From positions 257,238,001 to 257,302,000 of the forward strand of contig OZ024743.1 in assembly GCA_964016885.1 (NCBI GenBank): a DNA stretch of 64,000 bases, given 5' to 3'. Positions 1-13,222 of this stretch are shown here, in pieces. A model generated the notes under the pieces. It made no database searches and was not told where the DNA came from. It saw only the letters and a program-made list of their open reading frames with translations. The stretch's first letter is position 1. Each line of letters starts with the position of its first letter. The stretch is from Eledone cirrhosa (taxonomy: Eukaryota). The position numbers and the translations under genes were made by a program.

Positions 1-890
1 TTTTGTATCTTATGTATGGAGAATCGAAATCCCTTTTTCTCATAACCTGATACATGCGTTTCACATGCTCCATGGATGTTTGTGGACTATTTTTTTCAAA
101 ATACCAATATCACAGATTAGAGCACAAAAGGAAACGTTTGATCTTCATTTATTTAAATCCAGCGCCTTATAAACCCGTGTGTATCCGGGTACACTAGCTA
201 GAAAGAGAAATGGAACCATTGATTCCTCGGTCCGATTTGACGAAAGTAGATTTAGTTCCACAGCAAATTAACAAACCATACTTGAAGACACGTTGAGGCT
301 GTTGCAAAGGGCAATAACCCTAGATACAATTTTGATCAACTTTTTTTCACCTATAGCAAATTTACCGGGACAGGTTTTTAACTATTCAAATCTACTTCAG
401 AGATCACGCATTGATGTAAAAAAATCAATAAAACTGAAGCGGGGCTCGACTTTGCGCAAAAAAACAAGGCAAAGTTACACATGGGAAAACTTTTTACAGG
501 AACTTCCGATATTCTTGAAAACTGTCACAAAAGACTCGCCATTATGCCGCGGTTAAGATAAAGGCCCTTTTAATTCTTCTTCTGCACATGTGAGCGCAAA
601 AATTGTAAAAAAAAAAAAAAACCTGAAAAAAATCGACATTTTCACCCTGCTTTAAATTAACTGAACATTCAATATCAAGCGATTTTGACTTCCGTCAGTC
701 GTGCAGAGAACAATTTCAACGATATACTGTATAACTACAATTAATAAATTACACACCTGCGTCTACTAACCTATTTTTTTTCATTGAAGTTCGAAGTTTT
801 GAACCTGTGATGCGTGGGAAGTAACTTTCACACATTCTAACAGACCAAAGGTCGACTTACACCCGGGCAACGCCGGGTACTTCTGGTAGT
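1..890 (+). mobile_element. Non-autonomous Helitron-like sequence with two successive 3' termini
   Basis: GC hairpin followed by CTAG-like end at 172-201 (AACCCGTGTGTATCCGGGTACACTAGCTAG) and 861-890 (ACCCGGGCAACGCCGGGTACTTCTGGTAGT). The second closely matches the terminus of the helicase-bearing Helitron at 5166. Confidence 0.55.
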
Positions 891-1149
891 ATATATATAT
901 AAACAAATATGTCTATGTGTGTGCGTGTGTGTGTGTGTGTGTGTGTACATTCTTATAGCTGACTCTATGTCAAAATTAGAGTAGAAATTCCATCCTATGC
1001 TTCAAATGCAAACTATGGTTCACAAAAGATGTAGTGGGATCTCATGCAGGCAGCAAAGAATGTAGGTTTTGTATGTGGTTTATGCACAGGAAGAGTAAGT
1101 AGCAAGAGCTCATGAGAAAAAAGCTCCTTTCAGGGCTCTGTAGAATTAG

Positions 1150-1720
1150 GTAATAATTTCGTTTACATAGGGGACCAGATTAGCAGTGGAGATGGGTGTT
1201 CTGAAAATATAGTAACCAGAATGAGAATGAGGTGGAAAAACTCCAGAGAGCTTCTACCACTGTTACTTACAAAAGTTTTCCCCTCAAATTGAAAAATAAA
1301 TTGTATGAAGCTTGTGTACGAACAGTAATACTACATGGAAGTGAGACCTGGGCAATATCTGCAGAGGACCAATGAAGATTGGAAAGAAATTAAGAATGCA
1401 TGCTCCATGGATGTGAAATAGCAGTGTGTCTGAGTCACAAAGCATCTGTGAGCTAAAAGAGAAACTAGGCCTAAGTGAATTAGATGCAATGTAAGGGAGA
1501 GGTTGTAGTGGTTTGGACATATGATGCCTATGGAAGATATTAATTGTATACAAATTTGCAGGACACTAAAGTTGATGTAACTATGGAAAAGGAAGAGCTA
1601 TGAAAAATTTGGGAGGAAGTGATAAAAGCTGAACTTGCTCAATTAAACTTCAAAAAGGAGATGATTCAGGATCGAGACGTCTGACTTCATGGTATACTGA
1701 AGAAGTCCCACCTTACCATA
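1150..1720 (+). mobile_element. Degenerate RTE-clade LINE 3' fragment
   Basis: Decayed version of the RT C-terminal block (LYxACVRTxxLHGSETWA...RW) also seen at 9830, 17870 and 35600. Confidence 0.7.
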
Positions 1721-3729
1721 TGAACCAAATGAAATGAAACAAACATGTAGAGGATACACTAGTGTGCATCAATCCTTTCTCCTAACCCCAACCCATTCAC
1801 TCTCCCCAGTCTTAATATTCAGCTCTCACTATGCACCTAGTCAATGTCAAATGTGCTTACATTGATATAGCCAAATGCCTTTCCTAACAATAACCAGATA
1901 TTTTGTCGTAGTACAAGGGGGTGTCTTTTTTTCCGTGTTGACATGAGGTATGGGTTGGGTTGACTGGTAAAGGGAATGAAAAACACACACCAAATTATTC
2001 AGAACAATATACAAACAAATGCCTGAACAACACCTTACAAACACATGTTTATGCTTGCTACATACACCCCATATATATGATACATACACACACACAGATG
2101 TATGTCTGGTGTAGAGTATCTGTGATCAATCATTCTGGCCAGGACTATTCTGTCTTTTTAAATGTATATTGAAGATTACATAATTCAGTGTTTCTTTAAG
2201 AAGGTAGTGTGTGTTATAGCTACTTTTCTAACATGTTCAGTGACCAGGTAGAAAACTCACTTTCAAATGAGAAACATCCTAGGAGGAAGCCAGCAAAACC
2301 TGCATAGGTATGAGCTGTAAATTATATACATATTTCTTTCATTTTCATGAGCACAAATCTCTCCAAGGTGATGCATTAGATGATAAATATATATACTGCG
2401 ATTGAGATTGACTAAGCAGAAAAAAATCTTTGCAGAATTCTATCTAAATTTCTCAAATATAAGCAATCATAACACAACATAAATATAGTTTATTTACAGA
2501 TCAACAATAATATAACTTTACAGAAAAAAAAATGTTTTTAACTGATTATTGAAGTTTTTCTCTGTCTGGAAAATAAATTTTCTTAACTCTTTTGTTACCA
2601 TGTTCATTTCTAATGAACAACATTGCTTATGCCAGCTATCACAACTGGAGCTAGTTGGACTTGACCATGGTGACGGTATGCGTCCAGGCAGGATAACTGT
2701 TCCTATTCGAGAGAGGAATACCACATGCTGCAACGTGATCTTCACCTCAACACTTGTCTCTTTGGCTGCAAACTTAGGCACTGGTACTTATAGAGGAGAG
2801 GGAAATAACCAAATGCCAGGGCTAGACCAAACACTTCCTTTTCTGGACAGTTGAAAAGGCAGCAGCCCACGCGAGGAAGGATCCACATGAGGTGGGATGA
2901 CTGTTGCAGTGGATGTCATGACCCATTCATGCAGCAATGCATTTGCATTTTTGTCCATGGGGCACAGGTGGAATTTCCTGCTCAGACTGGGCTATTGAGT
3001 CTGTCACTCCATCCCCATTTCCCTTTCAATTATTGCTCAAGTTCTTTTGCCTTTTTCTCTTTCTCTTTCATTTTCTTATTGCCATTTAAATTGTACAGTT
3101 TTTATCACATTTTCTCTTTAGCTTAATAAAATTTATACTGAGGATTGGGAAGATAATTGAAAAATATTTTGAAAAGAACCAAGAATTTTGAGGGGCTTAG
3201 TAGTATGACTTTTTCATTATCAAGCTGACGTGTTTGGTATGTAATTTAATGATTCATATATAAATTTATGACAGGAGGTTTTAAGATAAATATAAACACT
3301 TAAAAACAAACATTAGCTTGGTCTCAAGTTTGAGAATAACTACCCCCACCTTCAATAAGTCTCAAAGACCTGAAAAAAATAAAGGATCATAGATGCTGTC
3401 TTTTTCCCCCTGACTAAATGGTACAATCCCCAGAAATGTCTTCAGAGAATTCCATTTGAATTTCTCAAATATAAGCAATCATAATGCAACATAAATATTG
3501 TTTGTTATTCCAAGCAACAAATAATAATATAATATACACATAGAACAATAATGGTTTTACTGTTTGTTGAAATGTTTTGTCTGTATCTGGAAAATAACAT
3601 TTCTTGTAAACAGAACAATACTTTAGCTGTTCTCTTTGAACAGAAGTTGGCTTACTTGACTTATGTATTTATAATTGTGTATGTGAGTGTGTGTATTATG
3701 TATGTATATATATATTTTTATTTTGTGGA

Positions 3730-4060
3730 TTGAGAGACTTCTAATCTTCATTAAGTAATCTCTCTAGGAGAAGGTCACTCTGATATAAAATCTATGATTT
3801 CATTTGCATCTAATGATGTAGACCAGTTATTTTTTTGGCCAAATGTATTTGATGTTCAAAGACTGGGACTGGCATTGTGCAAAGCCTTTCATCAATTAAA
3901 AATGCTTCAAGCACAGGCATTGCTTGATATGTGACATTTTTTTGCGCTGCATGATATTGCTGGCCATAGGCAATTTCTTAGCATGACTAAAAAGCCATAT
4001 CAGTGATGCTTATGCTTAAGTATCAAGCGATGGCATTATTGAAATTAAGTTGCAGTCATC
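3730..4060. repeat. Unclassified ~330-bp dispersed repeat (second copy 29343-29662)
   Basis: Collinear similarity with 29343-29662 (e.g. ATTGCTGGCCATAGGCAA, GATGCTYATGCTTAAGTAT); both abut (TA)n. Confidence 0.7.
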
Positions 4061-4294
4061 ATATATATATATATATGCATGTAAAAGCTAAACAGAAATA
4101 ACAAAGCAAACGACACAGTACATTGAAGAAATCTATTAGTTTAATGGTGGAAATTGCAGGAAAAGAGTCATAACGTTTTGGACACTAGTCCTTCATCAGA
4201 AGATAGAGTTAGAAATAGAAGATTAAATAAAAAGATAAAGAGAAAAAAAATGAGGAAAAAAGCATACGTGCCTATTCAGTCAGCCATTTCAGAG

Positions 4295-4480
4295 AACGGA
4301 TTGGCAGTATTGGTAGTGGGTCTGAAGCCATGCTTTGCAGCAAAGAGTTACAGCCCTTTATGATCTGAATTCAAATTCTGCCGAGGTTAACTTTGCCTTT
4401 CATCCTTACGGGTCGATAAAATAAAGTACCTGTAATACACTGGGATAATTGCTGGCCTTGTGCCAAAAGTAGAAACAATT
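4295..4480 (+). mobile_element. SINE family A
   Basis: TTCAAATTCTGCCGAGGTTAACTTTGCCTTTCATCCTTACGGGTCGATAAAATAAAGTACC core. Further copies at ~9135-9345(-), 31970-32110(-), 32570-32715(-), 33800-34085(+, two), 38220-38445(-), 41790-41950(+). Confidence 0.75.
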
Positions 4481-4493
4481 ATATTATGTATAA

Positions 4494-4712
4494 AGGCACA
4501 TGGCTTTGTGGTTAAATCATTGGGCTTACATTCATGAGGTTGTGAGTTTAATTCTGGTTTTTGAGCAAGGCACTTTATTTCAGGCTGCTCCAGTTCACTC
4601 AGCTGTAGAATGACTTGCAACGTCACTAGTACCAAGCTGTATCGGCCATTCACTTTACCTTCGAAAACATTGGTGGCATAGAGAGAAGAGACTGGTATGC
4701 ATGAGTGACTGC
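4494..4712 (+). mobile_element. tRNA-derived SINE family B
   Basis: A-box-like TGGCTTTGTGG and degenerate B-box, then TTGAGCAAGGCACTTTATTTCA..GCTCCAGTTCACTCAGCTG. Related copies at 11450-11580(-) and 54320-54645(-). Confidence 0.65.
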
Positions 4713-5165
4713 ACACATACATACATATATTTTCATATATATGTTTATGTTTATAATGTTGGTAGCGGTGTAGTGTTGATGAATGGAAGTTAGGATTGTA
4801 TTAATCTAATAAACTGTACATATACTTCAAATTCCTACTGTTTGTATTATTGCATACCTAATGCTTGGTGTGAAGCATTTCTGAAAATACTACATAATAA
4901 TACACACATATGTACCTACACATATACACACACATATAGACAAACATACACATACATATTTGTATATATGTGTATTGGATATGCCCTTCAAATATCTGAA
5001 GAACATATTGTGCCATACAAAGGACGTAAAACTGTTGTGTATATTATGTGCCTGTGTGCGAAATGTTTCAATATATATATATATAATTTAGCAATGAAGC
5101 TATAACATCTCATCCTTTTTATTAATATTTATATTCTTGATTTAGTTGCTATATTTATATATATA

Positions 5166-7880
5166 CTAGCAGATGTACCCGGCGTTGCCCGGGATTTGAA
5201 ATTATGCTAAGAAGTAAAAGAAGAAAATTATTTGTCCCCAACCTGTCAAAATAAGCAGAAGTCTTCAATAATTAAGGCAAACGAATATTTAGTGCAATCT
5301 TTGTACACATAAAACTATGTTGATAATAAAAGAAAACACTGAACAGGATGTAGTTATACAAATGATTAAGGACAATACACGTTGCAAATCTGTAAAAAAA
5401 CAGGCAGTTTTCCTAAAGTACAAAAAGATGTAATGAAAGCAGAGTTGTATACAAACAAAAAAACAATGAGAGTAGAATAAGAGAAAATCTATTCTTTGAG
5501 AGTATCCTTTGCTGTGTATGGTTAAATTTTAAACTTATAATCCAAAATATCCTGCATGACATATTCATTGGTATGTTTTGTAATGAGTAAGGTGAACTCA
5601 AGGCAGAACTGTAATAAGTGTTTTTGTTAACACTAAAACACTTCAGGATAGACGATATTCTTTGTTTTTCTTTTCGGAACAAACGCAAAGAGATTATCTC
5701 GATTGCCAACTCATGAGCAGGCAACGTAGAATTGTCCGTGCAAAAAGCAAGGTTCAGCCAAGTGAATTCCAGCGACGGACCGAGTTTGACCTTGCGACTT
5801 GTTTATGGACAACGCAAAGGCAACACGAAGGGGAAATTGGGTTTGGTGAAAGGAGAAGAGAATATCCACGCCTTATGTAGTCAGGCTAATTTTTGTTATT
5901 ATCACATCCTCGCCTTTTTCACATCAGGATAGAATGGTAGCGTCAATACTAAGTGGAGACAGTTTTTTAACCACAAGGCGTGTACCATTGCATAGTTTTG
6001 GAGGAGTGATATTTCTCAGCAAAATAACTGGCGTTTCCTCTTTCAGAACCAATGTATTAGGGGGTAAACCGGGAGGATTTAAAGAATTTAGAAATTCAAC
6101 TGGATAATTGACCGCATCCTGTGGATCACATACATCATCAATAGATTTATATATCCGTGGACATCCAGGAAGAAGCTGAAGAAGCTGATCGTTAATACAG
6201 CTAACCGTGACATTTTTGGGTGCAAGAATGGCTCTTTCGCATAGCCAATCAAGATTCGTATAGTTATCACGCAAGTTCGGGAATACACTCGCCTTGAGAT
6301 CATCGACAGTTTCAACTACATTGCAGATGTGATCAATTGCTATGTGTCCATCTGTATCCGGAGGTAGGTTACCATCTCCTATTGTAATAATGTCTCCAGA
6401 AAATGTTGATGACAGAGGGTCCCCATGCAATCTTGCACGCATGCTGGTAGTTAGTCTTAATAATGTCACTTGTCGCCACAATGGTGAAGACTTAAGACAT
6501 GCATTTACCGCATCTGCTCTTGTTCCTTTCGGTATTATAGGAAGAGTCTGTCTGAAGTCTCCTGATAGCAGAAGGGTGACACCCCCATAGCATCACTGCA
6601 ATCCCGTATATCTTGCAAAGACCTGTCTAGTGCCTCAAGAGCACCTTTGTGCGCCATTGTGCACTCATCCCAAACAATAAGGTGACACCTTCGCAGCAGA
6701 TGAGCCCCTTCGGAGTCTTTGGTGATATGACAAGTAGGAGTTTCCAATTTTGCCAAATCAAGGGGCAATTTAAAAACTGAATGTGCCATCCTTCCACCAA
6801 GGAGCAAAGTTGCTGCGATTCCAGAGGATGCAACTGCTATTGCTATGTTCTTATTCTGTCTAACCTTTGCAAGAAGAAGTTTAGTAACGAAAGTTTTTCC
6901 TGTCCCCCCCTGGAGCATCGAGGAAAAATATGCCACCTCTTCTTTGAAATACCGATTCAGTAATGGCGGTATAAGCCAGTCGCTGATCAGCTAGAAGTTT
7001 TGGCTCATAATCTGTGACATAGAGGCCAAGATCATGGATGTCATAAGAAGTCTCCTGTATGATATCTGTGGGAAGTTTGTTTGAGTCCGTGCAATGAGTT
7101 TCTGGTAAACCGTAGTCACGTAAAACCTTTCCTCCACTCAGAGCTAACTTGTCCTCAATATCAATTAGAGCTCTGTTGTATAATTTATTACTAAAGCCGA
7201 CCTCTATTTCTAGAAGCAGCAATTGTGCTTGGTGTCTGTAGTTGTCCGTTAGTTCATCCCTATATTTCATCCACAAGGACAGCGGATCAGATAAGTTGCA
7301 CGAGTGCAAAAGTACCACAAATAAATTTCTTAGGCTGGCAGGTGAATGTGAAAGAGCAACTTCCGCCATCGTTGCATCCCACTGCGAACCATCTTCCAGC
7401 AATCCACGCCTCAAACATGCCTTTGTGTATGTTGGAAGAACTTTTCCGTTGAACGTTCGGAGATCATCAAAGCAGGTAGGTCCTCTGACCTCATGTAGTA
7501 GCATGCGAAGATGGAAGCACTCGTGTTTGTTTGGAGGCACAGTATAAACTCTGCCCGAGCACTCGTTGAACTTAATGCCCGGATAACCTTGGACACACTG
7601 TCCTGTTTTTCTTCGCTTCCATGTATTTTTGTCCCAAGTATAGTAAAATGGGACTTGTGGATATAGTAAGGTTTTAGCAAATGGATTGATTTGACATAGT
7701 TTAAAGAAAGCGGTAAGAGTAGTATCCTTTGGTTCTTATGCTAACTGAGCAACTGATGCACTTGGAGTTTTTGGACAGCAGGATGCCGTTGATGTATAAA
7801 AAATCTGAAAATCTGCCAGAACGCTTCATTAGAGCTAATGTATCTTCGAGTTTGGTACTGGGCCACTTCATCTCGGCTGT
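5166..7880 (-). mobile_element. Helitron, 5'-truncated (end of Rep region + PIF1-like helicase, frameshifted) with intact 3' terminus
   Basis: Motifs FLDAPGG/GTGKTF, AVASSGIAATLL, IVWDECTM, ERAILAPKN, LCNGTRL, QFPLRVAFALSINKSQGQ across ORFs 5630-7880. Minus-strand end CCCGGGCAACGCCGGGTACATCTGCTAG|T at 5166. Confidence 0.93.
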
Positions 7881-8594
7881 AATTTAGTAATGTAGTTAAC
7901 TTTCTCATTATTAAGTTGGTGTTTGAAGCATAATTCAATGACATTTTTTTATATAAAATCATAAAGGGAGGCTTTTAGATAAATATAAACATTTTATCCA
8001 ATTCTTTACCTTATTTTTTATAAAAGTCAGTGTCTATGATTTTCAAGTAATTTTCAAAATAATATAGTATTTGGAGGGATTTAATAATAAAACTGAATTT
8101 CTCATTATTAAGTTAATAAAAAATGCTTACGTAAAAAAAGGTTCTTAGATCAATATAAACACTATAAAACAGGTTTGTATTGTAAAACCAGCAGGTGTAG
8201 TTTCAGGTGGTTTGGAATCAAAAGCGTTAAGTTTATTTTGTAACTTAGTGAATGCAGCATCCATAACCTTTGCCAAGTATTTTGGAAGAAATTTTGGAAG
8301 AAAGAATGATTCCTGTGATTTAACAGAGAGAAGTAAAACTATTCTCTTATCTTGAAACAACAGACCTGGTCGGAATGGTGATGTTATATATATGTTCATC
8401 TATTTATATCTATGTATGCTTATATATAATATAGGTGATTATAGTGGAGTATTCCACTATTACTTTTTGTAAGGTGAGAGAAGCTCTATGCATACAAAAA
8501 TCCTTAGCTCATGAGGAGTTTAAAACACACAAATAAGTCTTTGAAAGTTAAAATTATTGTTATTGAGGACAGTTCAGGTAGCAGAGCATTAATA

Positions 8595-9690
8595 TGTAAA
8601 ATGACGTGGTTAATAACTTAAATCCATTCTTTAATTTCTACATCTGTTTCAATGTGGTTACAATAGTATATGCATATGAAAACAATCAGACATAATTAAT
8701 TAGTAATTAACACTCTAAATAATGCAAATACTGAATTTCTTCAGGAAATCTGAGAAGGAACAATGTTTACCAAATTCAAATGTGTTAAGAATAAACCCCA
8801 TACCAAACCCTGGGTGTAAAGCAAGCAATTAAATTTAAAAAACAGATTGTACATGAATTTAAATTTTAAAATGCATGTTACTAACAGTGTAATATGAATT
8901 CAGCCAATTCAACCTTCTACGCACATTGTATCTTCAAACCAGATTAATATTAGTATTAATGATAATCTATGTATGTTTCTTATATATATTTTTTTTACAT
9001 GCAATGCTCACTGCTGCCTCTTAAATAAGTTTGTTTCCCTTAAATTGCTTTCCACTCTTGCATATCTAACTAACAACAAGTATTATACTAGCTATATAAG
9101 GAAAAAAATGAATAATAACATTATGAATAATAACGGTTGCTTATTTAGGCACAAGGTCAGCAATTTGGGGGGAGGGTCGATGAAATGGACTCCAGTGCGT
9201 GACTGGTACTTTATTTTATCGAGCCCGTAAGGATGAAAGGCAAAGTTAACCTCGGCGGGATTTGAACTCAGATCATAAAGGGCCATAACTCTTTGCTGCA
9301 AAGCATGGTGTCCGACCCTCTACCGATACTGCCAATCCACCGCCCATTATGAATTATAATGATGTAATGCTGTTACCTCAACGTATAATCACAACTTTGC
9401 ATGTTACAACAACTCCATGTACAATCAGTTTTTATATTTGATTGCTTGTTTCACGCACAGTGTTTGATATGGGTGTATTCTTATAACTTTTTTGAATTTG
9501 GTAAACTATGTTCCTTCTCCCATTTCCTGAAGAAATGCAGTTACATGTGTTATGTATAGTGTTAATAATCAGTAATTAATTATTTTGATTGTTTTCATAT
9601 GCATGTACTATTGTAATCATATTGAAACTGATGTAGAAATTAAAGAGTGGATTTAAGTTATTAAACTTTGTCTTTTGTCATTTTGTATAT
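8595..9690. repeat. Diverged inverted repeat (arms ~8595-8860 and ~9410-9690), each arm carrying a hammerhead motif; SINE inserted in the spacer
   Basis: Arms are reverse-complement similar (e.g. AATAACTTAAATCCATTCTTTAATTTCTACATC vs GATGTAGAAATTAAAGAGTGGATTTAAGTTATT). Confidence 0.8.
9522..9640 (+). ncRNA. Hammerhead ribozyme motif, type I, long stem II (mirror copy 8634-8749 on -)
   Basis: ATTTC-CTGAAGA-(~90 nt)-GAAA-CTGATG-TA-GAAAT. Stem I ATTTC/GAAAT. The mirror copy has GAAA-CAGATG-TA. Confidence 0.6.
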
Positions 9691-9814
9691 ATATATATAT
9701 ATAAATGTGTGTGAAGACTTTGTATGTAGAAGATGAACAGGGATAATTGAGGGAAAGAGCAGCAGTGATATAAATCCCTTCAAGTTATGGGAAGTGGTTG
9801 ATAGCTTCTGTTAT

Positions 9815-10465
9815 TTTGGTGACTTAATTAGCAGTTGATGAGGGTGTTCTGAAAGCATAATAGCTAGAATATGGATAGGATGGAAGCAGTTTAGAGAAAT
9901 ACTCTCACCGTTGATAACAAAAGGTTTCTCCTTATGTACAAAAGGATGACTGTATGACACCTGTGGGTGAAGTGTGATGCTGCATGGTAGTGAAACATGG
10001 GCAGTGACAGCAGAAGACATGCATAGACTGGAAAGAAATGAAGCAGCAATGCTTTGTTGGATGTCCAATATAAATATGAGAGAAAGGCCGAGCTTGGATG
10101 AACTGAGGGAAAGACTGCATTTAAGATGAATCTGAGGTGGTGGGCCAGAGAGAAAACTGTATTGGTACGAATATACGATGTGCATGGATGATGACCAATG
10201 GGTGAAGAAGTGCCAGGAAATGCCTGTGAAAGGAAGTTGAAGTAGAGGTAGACCAAGAAAGACCTGGGCAGAGCTGGTGAGAGTTGACTTCAAATCACCG
10301 AGACTAACAGAGGAAATGACGAGGAAATGTGGTGAGTGGAGAATGACCTGTCCAAGCCATGCAAGTGTGGCAAAACAGATGTAAAAACAATGAAGATGAT
10401 GATGAATGATATATCTATCCTTATGAACATTCAAAGCAGACATTAAAATGATGATGATGATGATC
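9815..10465 (+). mobile_element. RTE-clade LINE 3' fragment with (GAT)n tail
   Basis: GWKQFRE, MLHGSETWAVTAEDM..LERNEA, GRPRKTWAE and tandem GATGAT tails. Confidence 0.85.
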
Positions 10466-11125
10466 TATCTATATCCGACAAACTGACGAAGTCTACCATG
10501 GTAGGATGGGTACAGAGCATCCAACCAGTTTCTGTAAATATTTAGAATAATTTTAAAGGAAACCTAAATATTTTGCTTAATGTCTAAGCAAATCTTAATT
10601 CTTCACCTTATTTCTATTAGCTACCTCATCTTGCCACTTGATCCTCCAGCTGCTGCAAAGCAAATTACCACTGATGCAATAAATACCGGATTATACCAAT
10701 TTGATACTTTATTTAAAAACAAAAGAAAGAAATTTGCAATTCATCAACATTTGCATATCAGGTAAGAAAAGGAAGAAAGAAGAAAATTAAATAGTAAAAG
10801 AAAAGGAAAGGAGAGTGGGATCAGCAGACTCTACATTCCAGTGTACGTGTATATCTTAGCTGTGACCCACCAACAAAATAGTTGTAAATGAACAGCCTGT
10901 ATATCGGTAATACAGCTTGATTATACAATCTATACAATAATTTATGGGAAATCTACACTACTGTCTTAGCCTCAGTTAGTTATTGTAGAAGATCACAACC
11001 TAATCCTATGGTTTCGGGTTCAATCATACTGCATAGCACTTTGAGCAAGAGTCAGTTATAGCCACAGTTTGACTCATGCCTTGTGACTAAAATTTGGCAG
11101 ATGGAAACTGAAGAAGTATGTGAAA

Positions 11126-11311
11126 TACAAGGGTTGGCTGACTATGAAGGAGTGATGCTGGAGCTGTGAAATCTTGCAGCATTAATTTCAACTCATCTTA
11201 TTAATAACGGCATTGTTTCTTTCCAAAGACTATGTTGAAAAAATGAACCTCATTTGGTCATTCCTTGAGAGTATCTTAATCAGTCAATGAACTTTTCAGC
11301 CACCAATCGTA
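11126..11311. mobile_element. Possible mariner-type MITE
   Basis: Imperfect TIRs TACAAGGGTTGGCTGA ... TCAGCCACCAATCGTA with TA ends. Confidence 0.4.
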
Positions 11312-11714
11312 TATACGTGTGTGTGGCCATCCATAATATGTTCCATAATTTAGTAGTTTAACAAATGGAGACCAATAAATTAAATAGCATCCTGGAAACA
11401 ATAAATACTGAGGTCGTAATGATCAATTTACAGGTACCACCCATTTTTTCAACTGAGTGGACTGGTGCAATGTGAAATAAAGTGTCTTGCTCAAGGACTC
11501 AACCCTATACCAGGAATCAAACTCACAACCTTACGATTATGAACCAAATACCCAAAACACTAAGCCTAGTACCTTTACACACACATATATATAAAATATG
11601 TATACATACATACATATATATATATATATGCAAAAGTTCTATTTAAATTGTTGGGATACAACAAGCAAATATTTTTATAACTGATATAAAGCACTCGACA
11701 AGTATTTGGAGTAA

Positions 11715-12229
11715 ATATACGATATTAACAAATGGAAACTATATTTATAAAACCATATCTATTTTATTATACATATTTCAAGGATACCATGTTAAATTAT
11801 GGTATGCTTTCATCAGACAAAATACAATATATACCAGTTTTATAAATAAATATTGACATACCCTTTCAAAATGCAACTGTTACTTTTGGAAGACATCAGG
11901 GATAGTGGATTTGTTTATCTTAGTAAGTCGTTGTGTTACGGAGAAGGAAAAAGACGGAGAGAGAGAAAAAAGAGAAAGAAAAAAGACTTTTCTCTCTCTC
12001 CTTCCTTTTCCTTCTCCGTAACACAACGACTTACTAAGATAAACAAATCCACTATCCCTGATGTCTTCCAAAAGTAACGGTTACATTTTGAAAGGGTATG
12101 TCAATATTTATTTATAAAACTGGTATATTTGTCTGATGAAAGCATACCATAATTTAACATGGTATCCTTGAAATATGTATAATAAAATAGATATGGTTTT
12201 ATAAATATAGTTTCCATTTGTTAATATCG

Positions 12230-12235
<6 letters not shown>
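11715..12235. repeat. ~520-bp near-perfect palindrome (PLE pLTR/retrozyme-like), hammerhead in each arm
   Basis: Arms ~11715-11968 and ~11987-12235 are reverse complements; this is why ORFs 11853+ and 11880- translate almost identically. Confidence 0.92.
11760..11824 (-). ncRNA. Minimal type I hammerhead ribozyme (mirror copy ~12126-12189 on +)
   Basis: TATTTTGT-CTGATGA-AAGCATACCAT.aatttaac.ATGGTATCCTT-GAAA-TATGTA-TA-ATAAAATA. Confidence 0.8.
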
Positions 12236-12324
<89 letters not shown>

Positions 12325-12357
12325 AGAATATTATTGGCTGTGTAGTTGTTAGTTAAG

Positions 12358-13105
12358 GTAGCTTAAAATGGAATGAGAATAAGAAGAAAGCAAGAACGGC
12401 GGGGTGGGGGTTCCTCATCAGTTGTCTACTGGGGATCTCTGATATTTCAACGCTTTAAAGACAAGATATATACCCCCAGAACGTCAATAACTGGGTAAGT
12501 TATTGGGAAAAGGAAGGAGGGAGGGAAGGAAAATAGAAGGGAAAAGGGAAGAAAAGAGAAAACAGAGAAAAAAAACCCAACAAACCGAGCGATCTGTGAG
12601 CAACTTAAGGTAAGAAAATCCAAGACCACAGCGATTACAGAACTTAAGTTCAAGAGGGCATGGGCGAACGAAAAGACACGTCTGACCCCAGCGAGGATAA
12701 GTGAGAAAAGGACTGTTAGAGGGTCAGGCGAGGGAAACAATGAGGTAGCTAGCAGAGAGAGGATGAGTGAAAGTGAGAGGGAGAAAGGGAGAGGAAGAAA
12801 GAGGGGTAAGAGTAGATAGTAACGAAATAGGTAGGTAGAAGGAGAGAGAAGACTGGTCACAGCGAAACGTGATAAAATTGCTCGCACATTGCTCGGTTTG
12901 TTGTTTTTTCGCTGTTTTCTCTTTTCTTCTCTTTTCCCTTCTATTTTCCTTCCCTCCTTCCTCCGTTTTCCCAATAACTTACCCAGTTATTGAACTCGCT
13001 GGGAGTAGATATCTTGTCTTTAAAGCGTTAGACAACTGATGAGAAAAACTCCTTCTCCCCCAGTTCTTGCTTTCTTCTTATTCTCATTCCATTTTAAGCT
13101 ATATA
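12358..13105. repeat. Element with diverged inverted arms (~12358-12600 vs ~12890-13105)
   Basis: GCTTAAAATGGAATGAGAATAAGAAGAAAGCAAGAAC ... GTTCTTGCTTTCTTCTTATTCTCATTCCATTTTAAGC. Shares a conserved motif with the 14960-15560 and 22808-23393 repeats. Confidence 0.75.
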
Positions 13106-13178
13106 TATAACATACACAAAAACAAGATGGCGTAGGACAGAACAAAGGAGAGGCACAAAAACAAAGAAAAGAATCCCC

Positions 13179-13222
13179 AGTCACTGAAGAGGTCACAGAA
13201 TGTGTGACGAAAGAACTTTGAC
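13179..13222 (+). ncRNA. Minimal hammerhead motif in repeat 13150-13380 (same family as 18620-18950)
   Basis: AGTCA-CTGAAGA-GGTCAC.agaatgt.GTGAC-GAAA-GAAC-TT-TGAC. Confidence 0.65.

Noticed and set aside
2600-3010. GC-richer island: possible exon or HDV-like ribozyme (TCCTCGC)
   Set aside because: No recognisable protein and I could not build the nested double pseudoknot; probably an old LINE 5' region.
4166-4205. Hammerhead-like CTGATGA-aGGAC.tagt.GTCC-AAAA-CGTT on the minus strand
   Set aside because: GAAA is mutated and no stem I pairing is present; at best a decayed remnant, so it was not counted.
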